Below the pieces are notes generated by a model. It saw only the letters and a program-made list of their open reading frames with translations. It ran no database searches and was not told the DNA's origin. Both the position numbers and the translations under genes were made by a program. From Octopus sinensis (taxonomy: Eukaryota), in the NCBI RefSeq assembly GCF_006345805.1, contig NC_043010.1:62001-126000 (forward strand): a stretch of 64,000 nucleotides of DNA, read 5' to 3'. This document shows, one piece after another, positions 54,524-64,000 of this stretch (positions within the stretch are counted from its first letter, which is position 1; each line of letters starts with the position of its first letter).

Positions 54524-54576
54524 GTGTGTGTGTATGAATATGTGGGTGTATTAATATGTATATGTATAAGTGAGAG
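51860..54576. mobile_element. Low-complexity hammerhead-bearing element with about 0.8-kb inverted arms (Penelope-like non-autonomous)
   Basis: Arms 52194-53035 and 53767-54576 share the core gaactcggtcagccatcccggctgtcgtcccaagggatagtctaaagagtcc. The hammerhead and AATAAA lie on the minus strand at the left end. Confidence 0.6.
51942..51992 (-). ncRNA. Type I hammerhead ribozyme
   Basis: Minus strand agcttc CTGATGA t-ttc-tttt-gaa-t GAAA cag-ttctagtc-ctg TA gaagct: 6-bp stem I, 4-bp stem III, GUA triplet. The first stem II pair is U.U. Confidence 0.7.
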
Positions 54577-54696
54577 TGAACTGGAGCACGTGAAATAAAG
54601 TGTCTTGCTCAAGAACACAACACGCAGCCCGGTCTGGGATTCGAGCTCACAACCTCACGATCGTAAACTCGACGTTCTAACCACTGAGCCATGCGC

Positions 54697-54700
<4 letters not shown>
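54577..54700 (-). mobile_element. SINE 5' (tRNA-like head) fragment
   Basis: Matches 50545-50665. Confidence 0.85.
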
Positions 54701-54739
<39 letters not shown>

Positions 54740-54759
54740 TATATATATATATATATATA

Positions 54760-54803
<44 letters not shown>

Positions 54804-54875
54804 CATACATTAAATTCAAGAAATCAAGTTCGATTTAAAAGCGTGAGATGTATTGAAAAATAAAGAAATAATTTA

Positions 54876-55169
54876 TTCTGAAACGCAGGATAATGCTAAT
54901 GATATACGTGAACCGGATGAAATATCCATAATTTGTAGAAAAATCTGTCGGCGGCCAGCTGTGTGACTACAACTCACACCCCTGTGATTACGCTTTAAGT
55001 GCTTTACCATTAAGCTAAACTGCGTGAACGACAAATACTTCCGCAAATTTAGGCTATATACATCTAGCTTTATAAGACGCGTAATCTGGCCGCCGACAGA
55101 GTTTTCGGCAACAGGTGAATACTTTATCCTGTTCATGCTATACTATTAACATTATCCTGCGTTTGAGAA
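54876..55169. mobile_element. MITE of 294 bp with about 85-bp imperfect TIRs and a TA TSD (Tc1/mariner-type)
   Basis: TA|ttctgaaacgcaggataatg..ctgtcggcggccag and ctggccgccgacag..cattatcctgcgtttgagaa|TA; absent at the matching site in unit A. Confidence 0.8.
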
Positions 55170-55724
55170 TATAATTATATATTAGCTTGACACTCGGTAA
55201 AGTGGGGGAAATGGGAGGGTTTTTAATGTTCCGAGCATATCTCTTTTTCAGAAAGGAAAACGAAAATGTTGAGAAGAAAATATTACCAAAAGGAAGTGTG
55301 TGATTACATATGTTCTTATGTGTGTGTGTCTGTGTCTGTGTGTGTCTGTGTGTAAACACAAGATTAGTGAATATTTGAGTAGGATTTTATTTACTGTCAG
55401 AATCGGAAATTATAAGACGGAATATATAAAGACAAAATAGTGGGTAGAACAGTCTTTTTATTGACCAGCAAAACTTCAGTAAGTTAAAAAAGAAAGTTTT
55501 TTATAATAGTTTACTATCAGTAAATGGAGTTGATTGTCTGAATTTCATGAAACCTCACTATTATGTGACGTTTCACATTTCTTCTATAAAATATGCATGT
55601 GTGTGTGTATGTGTGCGTGAGAGTGTGTATATGTATGCATGTGTGCGCATGTTCAGTGCATATGTGTTGCGCGCACGCGCGTCGTGTACGGAGAAAGAGA
55701 GAGAGAGGGCAGATATCTACTCAC

Positions 55725-55805
55725 GGCTCTTGATATGTTCTCAGCGGGGATTTTATATTCGTTGAACTTTTAAAATCAAACGAAATACGAGGAATTTGGT
55801 CCAGC
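55725..55805 (-). CDS. Unit B copy of the 83-nt exon, here 81 nt (frameshift or sequencing error)
   Basis: Same splice sites as 36151-36233. Adding one A and one T to short runs restores GWTKFLVFRLILKSFNEYKIPAENISRA (inference). Confidence 0.55.
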
Positions 55806-55870
55806 CTATGGATTGATATAGAAAATAATCGCTGCGTTTATAAATGAGACACAATTCATAATGCACATAA

Positions 55871-55970
55871 NNNNNNNNNNNNNNNNNNNNNNNNNNNNNN
55901 NNNNNNNNNNNNNNNNNNNNNNNNNNNNNNNNNNNNNNNNNNNNNNNNNNNNNNNNNNNNNNNNNNNNNN
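55871..55970. other. Assembly gap (100 N)
   Basis: Run of N. Confidence 1.
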
Positions 55971-58900
55971 CTGAAATCTCTTTACCCTGATGCAGTAGGG
56001 AGATTTCAAAAGTATTCATCAAAGAAACTATACAAAAACCTCATAGAAGAAGACTGTGAGGTGAAAAACAAAGGACTTTCGAACAACAAGTAACCTTTTC
56101 TCTCTCTCTTTCCCTTTTTGCACTTTCTTTTCGTGTGTAAAACACAATTTTTTATCGGAACATGCTCAGAAGAGGCAGTATAAATGTACGTGGCTTGGGG
56201 TCGCCTTGGAAACAAGGCTACCTGTTAAATGACATCAAGTCACTAAATCTGAATATCATAGCCATCAGTGAGACCAGACTCCACAGCTTGCGGGCACTCC
56301 AGCACAGTTTCGGTACACATTTCAACATTTATTTTTCTCCGTGTCTACCGAGAATGGGCGGAGGTGGCACCGCGGTGCTTCTCCGGAAGAGTCTGGATCT
56401 CAAAGTAAGAGCAATTTTCCTAGACCCAGAGGGTAGGCTGGTCGTTTTGGATGTCGATGGCAGCAATGAGTGTGCTTTTCGACTGATAGCAGTTTATGCT
56501 CCGTCCTTAACAGGCCGACCAGATTTCTTTCGACGTCTAGAGTCTTCCATGGGAACGTCTCGTCCTTTACTTTTAGTGGGGGATTGGAATGCCACCCTGG
56601 ACACGCATCTAGACTACGTGGGCATAGATAGCAATAGAAGGGGATGCAAATGCCTCAAAGACCTGCTCAGACGTTTCCAACTGTCTGACAGGTACCGACT
56701 GGGCCACCCGAATGTGCCAATGTGGACATGGAGTAACCGCATCGGGTCATCCAGATCATACTTAGATTGAGTATTCTGTAGGACAATAGATAAAAATAGT
56801 GTAGGTTGTCCACAATTTCATATAGTCAGTTACACAGATCACAAGTTTGTGACTTGTACACTTGACTTAGATAAGACACATAGGCAGGGTCCTGGTTACT
56901 GGAAACTGTCTTTTACAGCACGACAGGTTTACAGGGACCGGATCAGCACATTAGTTAAGAGAGCTTTGACGGGTACCATCATCAACAACAGATGGTGGTA
57001 TGCCCTAAAAAAAGCAATTAAAGCAGAATCAGTCAGATACAGTAAAGCCCTTGCATTAGACCGAAATAGAATAGAGGGAGAATTAGTTAAGGTTTTAGAA
57101 GAGGCACTTAGAACTGGCATCGCGTTCAACGTGCTGGCGGCGAGATTGGCCCTCGACCAACACCTCAACGCCAAACACGAGGGATGCGTTGTCAGAGCTA
57201 GGATGCGTGCTCTGAGGAACGAAGGAGTTGGAGCCGGCCAAGAGGCCCGAGTGGTGGAGACGCAACGAAGCAACAGAGCCACCATCAAGTCTCTTATAGA
57301 TGAACAGGGGCACGAATTGCTCGAGCCTAAAAGGATGTGTGGAGCTTTTCAACAACACTTCACCCAACTGTTTGGGACAAGTGGTGGGTCAGAAGGCAGA
57401 GTGGACTTTAGTGCCTACCTGCATGCCTTGCCACGACTCTCATCAAGAGAGGTGGAGTCTTGTGAAAGGCCTATCACAGCTGCGGACGTACAGGATGCGA
57501 TGGTAGGCTGTGCGAGAGACAAGTCACCAGGCTTGGATGGTCTGCCCTACGAACTTTATTTTCATATGCCAGACTTGTTTGGAGGCGTCTTGGCAGCTGT
57601 CTACTGCGACTGGCAGCAAAACGGGAGTATTCCTGCTTTTGTAAAGCGAGGAGCAGTGGCACTGATTAAGAAAGACCCAAACAAGGGGGACGTCATAGAT
57701 AATTTCAGGTCCATCACTCTGCTCAACGCAGATTTGAAAATTTTGGCCAAGGTGTTAGCCGAGAGGTTGGCGCTTGTCATCAAGAAACTAATCGACAAGG
57801 CGCAAACATGCGCCGTGCCGGGTAGAAGTATTCATGACAACCTCCATCTGATGCGCTACATCATAGACAGGGTAATTAAGAATCCTGGCATGGGTGGGGC
57901 GCTGATAAATTTGGATCAATCAAAAGCTTTCGATAGGGTAGACCATCACTACTTGGAGGCTGTCCTTAAAGCGGCTGGTTTCGGTCCAGTTTTCCGCGGT
58001 TGGATCGCTGCCTTATACAGCGGCATCCGCTCAGTGGTTCGCGTAAATGGTCATCTATCCAGACCTTTTAACATCATGCGTTCGGTTCGTCAGGGATGCC
58101 CCCTCTCATCGCTGTTGTATGTATTGACTCTTGAGCCACTACTGCGGAAACTGGCGACGCTGAGGGGCATCCCACGAGAGCTGGGATGCGGGAGGAGCGT
58201 GTCTGCATACGCGGATGACGTCACCGTCATAGTGTCGAGCTACGAGCACATCGAGCTGGTCGGCGAGACATTAAAAGAATACGAAGCGGTAACGGGAGCA
58301 AAAATTAACCGGGAAAAGTCAGTGGGCTTGCGGCTCGGCACCTGGAGAAGCAGGCCCATGCCGTCCAACAGCGTCTCCATCGTGGGACGCTGGACGGACG
58401 GACCGGTTAAATTGCTCGGGGTCTGGTTCGGTCCGGACCTCCAAATGGAGAAGAACTGGGGCGAGATAACGACTAGGGTGGCTACTCTCACCCAGAAATA
58501 GGCTGAGAGAAAGCTATCCCTAAAAGGTCGGGCGGAGGTGGCGAATGCGTACATCGCATCCGTCATCGAGTATCGTCTGACCGTCGTGCCTTGTCCCGAC
58601 CCTACCATCACCAAACTGGAACGTATACTCTTCCGCTTCTTGTGGAAGGGAAACGTTCCGATGGTTAGGCGATCCATTTGCTGTCAACACCCGCTAAATG
58701 GAGGGCTGGGCATGCCGTGGTTGATGATGCGCAGACATGCGCTGAGACTGCGACATCTCCGGCGCTTCATAGACAACGGTGAACAGGTGTGGTCGCCTTT
58801 TGTGCGGCGCGCTTTCCCGCAGCTCGTCTCCTTGGACGAACTACAGTCATGGATCAAGCAGAGACCGAGGCTAGGCGAATGGCACCGCGAGTGTCGCGTT

Positions 58901-59883
58901 GCTCTCAAGCAACTCTGCCGTCCGGGATCGAACTTGTGCGACTCCATCACAACAAAGGCATTCTATAGAGGATTAGTGGAGGGGAGGTGCGACGATGAAC
59001 TCGGGCAGAGTCTGGGCGTCGACGAGGAACACCTGACCCGCCTGTTCAGGACAACTTTCGGGCCGGGACCTATGAACAATCACCAAAGATCCCTGGCCTG
59101 GCAGTGCTATCGAGAAGCATTACCTGTTCGGGATAAGCTCTACAGACACGGTTCCAGACACACTGGACCGACTTACCCGAGATGCGGTCAGAGCGACGAA
59201 ACCGTTCTGCACGCACTCGTGCAATGTCCAACCATTTCAGACCTGTGGGCTTATGCCGAACGGCTGCTGTCACGTGTGGGACGAATCCGCCTATCGGCCG
59301 GGTCTATCGTGAGAATTGCTCCGCCCCCTTCCCTCAACCGGGAAGGCAAGGCAGTTTTCATCGTACTGGTGGCCATGGTGAAAGAATGCGTGTGGTGGAC
59401 CCGAGCGAAAGGATTAGAGACAAACACTTACCTCTCTGGCCAATCGCTCATCAACTTTTTCAAGTACCACTTGAAAAGGAAGGTGAGAATGCAGTGGGAA
59501 GTTTTGTCTCGCGAAAGATTCAAAAAAGATGGTGCGTGCGAGTGACGAAACCATTTTGAGCATGATCCTGTAGATCGTAAAAAAGAAAGAAAGAGAGCAT
59601 TTTGATCTCATGTGGTTATTTCCTCCCTGACTGAGGTTCCCGTGGTCTTTTCTGTAGGCTTTTCTTCCCACGGATGAACCCAATCTTGTTTTATCAATGT
59701 TTTTATCATTATTTCTGTGATACACGATTTCTTTTCTTTTTTTTCCTCCTCTCGATCCCTTTTGATCGCAATCTTACATTTATTTTCTTTTTTTTCCACC
59801 CTCGAAAAGAAAAGCTCTGCATTTGTATTTGTCCCCTCTGTATTCAGCCCTGTGTGGCTAATAAAAGAAAGAAAGAAAGAAAG
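55971..59883 (+). mobile_element. Tx1 LINE (end of ORF1, ORF2 with the same two stops, 3' tail), cut by the gap
   Basis: ORFs 56162-56770, 56849-58501 and 58538-59545 mirror those at 2128-5511. Confidence 0.92.
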
Positions 59884-59888
59884 TTATA

Positions 59889-59949
<61 letters not shown>

Positions 59950-60024
59950 GTTTGTCTGTCTATCTATCTCTGTCTCTATCTACCTATTATGAATGAATGA
60001 AGAAAAAAAGACAATCGCACTTAC

Positions 60025-60413
60025 TTCTGCCGTCGGTAATTTTCCACTGATTCATTCTCTTACTTTCATTTACAAACCCCCTGAAGACATCTCTGGTATC
60101 TTTCTTGTATATACAATAGAATATGAAGATAAACATTCCTTGAAGTGTATTGAATATAGTAAAAAGATACACAAACACTTTTGCTGCTTCGCTAACAGCG
60201 AAGAAGGCAAAGACCCATGTGAGTCCAAACAAAAACAGCAAACCAACCAGGCCCAAAACACGTACTTTACTTCTTTTCTGCTGAGATCTCTTATTACTTT
60301 GCATCATTATAAGGTGCCAGATAACGAGAGAAGGCATGATAATGTTGAAGATGAGACTGATCGCAACAGGAACCAGGAAAGCAGCATAGAAATGTGGTGC
60401 GGATAACCAACAG
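60025..60413 (-). CDS. Adhesion GPCR TM5-TM7 exon (mirror of 1240-1628)
   Basis: Identical translation and splice sites. Confidence 0.9.
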
Positions 60414-60427
60414 CTACAAAGAAAATA

Positions 60428-61245
60428 GAAAGGCAATGAAAGGTATTCAGTGGACACTGATGAACAAGTAGGAGGACTTGGACTACGTAGATGATCTCGC
60501 ACTACTGTCACATCGCCTGCAAGACATGCAAGATAAGGTAGACCACCTGACAGAAACTTCACGGTGAGTGGGCTTGAGGATCAGCCGGGAAAAGACAAAA
60601 GTGCAGCGTATCAACAACAAGCAGGAAGAACCAATCACAATCGAGGGGGAACCTGTGGAGGATGTTAGTGAGTTTGTCTATCTTGGCAGCAAGATCAGCA
60701 AATCAGGTGGATCAGACGAGGACATCACGGCAAGAAGGCTTGGCAAGCCTTCGCTATTCTTCGGCCGGTATGGAAGTCCACTACCATCTCAACTCGAACT
60801 AAACTCTGCTTATTTAGTTAAAACGTAAAATACGTGCTTTTGTATGGCTCTGAAACAGGGAGAGCCACCTGCGGCAACTACAAGAAGATCCAGACCTTCA
60901 TCCACAAATGTCTCCGGCAGATCCTTCATCTGAGTGTCAAACATCAACCTGTGGGAATGGGCCAACCAGGAGCCCATACATGTTCAGATTAGACAAAGGA
61001 AATGGATATGGATCGGACACACACTGCGGAAAGAACTCTCAAATGTGACACGACAAGCACTTGACTGGAACCCGCAGGGGAAACATGAAGCGAGGATGCC
61101 CGAAGCTGACATGGAAGCGGAGCATTTTGGACGAGCTCAGGACCACCGGCCTGACATGGGAAGCAGCCAAGAAACGCCAATGACCGCAAAAAGTGGAAAA
61201 CAACTGTTGAGGCCCTATGCTCCAGATGGGGCAAAAAGGATTAAG
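60428..61245 (+). mobile_element. RTE 3' fragment (mirror of 408-1225)
   Basis: Same degenerate RT peptides. Confidence 0.85.
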
Positions 61246-62550
61246 AAGTACATTTGAGGAACGTATTTAGCAATGAAGACCGTCATATTAGATTCGCCTG
61301 GCAGGTAATGGCACTAGTGCGCCAACTAATTCCATATCAATGCGTTAGTCCTTAGGCTGGCGGAAGCTCTTCACAATTTGTCCTATAAAATCAATGATTA
61401 CTGTTTTCCTCGTCATATTGTAGTCAATTTATTCATTTAACTTTCGTTGAGTCGCGTTAATGTTTCTTCATAATTCTTGAATGGTTAGACTCAAGCAGAG
61501 CCAGTGGTATGCATCCGGACAGTGGGAATACGGCAAATATCTATTGTGATGGCAGTGGACACTTTCCTTGCCTGTCGCGTCTTTGAAAAACTTCTACCTC
61601 ATGTAGGTCAGTGTTGATAAATATTCAACTTCTCGCCTTTGACTCTGTCCTTCACATTAGCCATGATAAAAGGAAGGGTTCGTGGTTTCTTTAACGAAGC
61701 AACTGTTGGAGGGAATACTGCTTGTTTCAAGAACAAATCTAATGTTAGCATAAATAGAAAAATAATAATTAGTTATTAATGGAATTTGTCCTGTATTCTA
61801 AAGGTGAAGAATATTCGATGTTTTGTTCGTATTTTTGTTTGTTGCTTTCATCGGTAAATATTTGTTCTTATTAAATTGAGGGGAGACGCAAATGAGATCA
61901 TTGATATTCATGAGTCTCAGAACAAAAGCATTAACAATGATATTGAAGTAGGTTTACTACCAGCAACCAAAGTCCTGGCTTGATGCCAGTTGACCTACTA
62001 TTCTACAAAACTAAAGGAGTTATAGCGGTTATTAAGCTACCTTCAGCTTTCTCTTAGCTTATATTATTATAGTATATTCTCTATTTAGTTTTGTTACAGT
62101 AATGTAATGCTATTTATTGTTTTCTATTGGGAAATAAATTATTTTATTTGGCTTTTTTGAGTAAGGGTGAATATAATGACTGAACGTCACTTATAACTTA
62201 AGTGTTATCATTATACACAAATCCGAACTACAGTATATAACGCCATAGAGAAATATACTTATGAAACGCTATGAATATTAACGACATGTATGTATAATAT
62301 TTTCTTCGTGTTCATTTAACCGCTATAAGAAAATATAATTTAATGATTACAGAAATGCATATTTATTTATACTCAGTTGAAAAAAACGTGAGAAACATTT
62401 TCTTAATTAGTTTTTTTATATAAATATAGCATTCGCGCCGTATTTCAAAATAGCTAAAATGGCTACTTGCTACAGAGTAAATAAATCTAGCAATACTATT
62501 AGTTGTGAAGAGCAGAGAAAATGAGGTGAACGAAAAAGAGGAATACTTAC

Positions 62551-62623
62551 ACCTCTGCGGTTTTGATGTAATTGTCTGTGGAGTTAATTGCCAGGGTAAT
62601 TATAACGATGACTGCTGGAAGAC
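62551..62623 (-). CDS. Adhesion GPCR TM4-ECL2 exon (GLPAVIVIITLAINSTDNYIKTAEV)
   Basis: Acceptor aatcgttatcag| and donor gt|gtaagt, 73 nt. Its final GT plus the first C of the next exon gives V, reading ..NYIKTAEV-CWLS.. in frame. Confidence 0.9.
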
Positions 62624-64000
62624 CTGATAACGATTTTTACAGAAATGAATATAAATCTCTAGATATTAATTAATATTTACAATCATTATTATATGACATT
62701 TGAATGGATTTTGTTGACGATGTTTTCGTTCAAAAAAAATGTCGAGTTCAAGACAAATCAATATTTCATTTCGTATCACACACTCGTCACTTCTTGCCAT
62801 TTAATTCTTTTGATTCTTGGATTCTTTCAAAAATATGTTTCAATGGGAAACAAAAAGTGATAAAATCTTAAATGTTCTGGACAAGGGTTGAAGATTAAAT
62901 GGCATGAGGGACAACAAAAATCCACTGTCACCTACTTCTTCACATATTGCTTCGTATGACCGGTTAAAGTGCAAAATAGATGACTCTGAGGTTTCGTATA
63001 GAGACGAGATCAGACGGTAGGCATTCTTGCATTGAAATTCAAATAACTTTAGACTACCCAACAGGCTAGAACAGGGAGGAGTGCTTTAGTTGTCCATAGT
63101 TTACATTTTATCACGGTTGTATAAATATTACATTTCATTCATCCACGTTGTATCCACGTGTTTACATCTCGTATCAACTACTTCCAATCTATTCAGTCTC
63201 AATCTATTCAGTCTCAAATCATGAATATCTAACCCATTACCTTTCTAATAAGAATCAAATCATTCATTTGTCTTTATTCGTGACTTAACTACCACGTTGA
63301 TCAATAAAAAAATTAATCTTTTTTCCACAAGTAGTTTCGTCTAAATATAATATTAGGCCCACAGCCTTCAGGCTTATCTAAATTCTTCGTCAAGTCAAGA
63401 TGAGCGATATAATATAACTCTCAACAAATTATACAAGCAAAGAGACCGAGTGAGGCAGATATTTGGCAACTTCGAATCTACTGCGTAATCTTTTTACTTC
63501 ATCGGAAGGAAAATATTAGCTGAGAATGTTTAGCATTCGATATGAGTCCACCAGAACTCCTAGTCCATGTTTCCATGGGTTCATGTGGATTGTAGCTTAG
63601 AATCTCACTCTACTTTCAACGCACGATATATAGTCATCCACCATAACCTGGACATTTACACAATGATACTACAAAATTCAAACTATCAGAAAAAAACTAA
63701 GTTTCTATCCTTTCTTCGACGTGTTAGAAATAGTAGCTAAACTTTTTTAGATCCCATTCTTTAGTCTTGCTAAATGGAAGAATAAGTTGAATTATATAAT
63801 GTTTGATGTATTGACAAGATAATCATTGACAGAACATTGTCAATTATAGATCTACTAAATCAATTGTGAAGTAGCTTCGAACTACCACAGTAGGGTAGGG
63901 ATGTTTTCACTCAAAGTTCATCGCTCCTGAGTTTTACTGTGAGACAGACCTGTAATCTAAACCGATGCTATTTAAAGCAACAGGATTATCATTTCTAGCT

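Larger units (their letters stand above)
44860..55870. repeat. Segmental duplication unit B (paralog of 29200-36300, expanded by later insertions)
   Basis: See unit A. Carries an RTE, a SINE, a foldback element and a MITE that are absent from the matching sites in A. Confidence 0.9.
55971..61652. repeat. Near-identical inverted copy of 1-5702
   Basis: All mirrored ORFs translate identically except one substitution (KIATKR vs KIAIKR) and a (TATC)n array about 20 nt shorter. Confidence 0.98.

Noticed and set aside
62840-63620. Weak transposase- or RT-like peptides (GDSGF; LDLTKNLD)
   Set aside because: The motifs are too short and interrupted to assign.

Overview
AT-rich, microsatellite-laden eukaryotic genomic DNA. 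The SINE and repeat repertoire suggests an octopod cephalopod, but this is inference from remembered repeat families, not a search. About two thirds of the window is non-LTR retrotransposon and simple repeat: Tx1/L1, Dong/R4, RTE, CR1, Penelope-like elements and tRNA-derived SINEs, plus a MULE relic and a MITE. Host content is a broken-up cluster of adhesion-GPCR (7tm_2) exons: TM4 and TM5-7 exons, two convergent paralogous terminal exons ending in PDZ-type motifs (ETNL and KTNF), and a phase-compatible chain of SEA-like plus HRM ectodomain exons whose SEA-like part is tandemly duplicated. Bases 1-5702 recur almost identically, inverted, at 55971-61652, directly after a 100-N gap, so this may be a false duplication. 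Main second-look items: six type I hammerhead-ribozyme-like motifs, two loci of which sit in inverted-duplication (Penelope/retrozyme-like) architectures; head-to-tail LINE arrays inside specific microsatellites; a twin-priming-type 5' inversion in an RTE element; and an aGPCR exon order that cannot be one intact gene. Exon and ribozyme coordinates were counted by hand; transposon boundaries are approximate.
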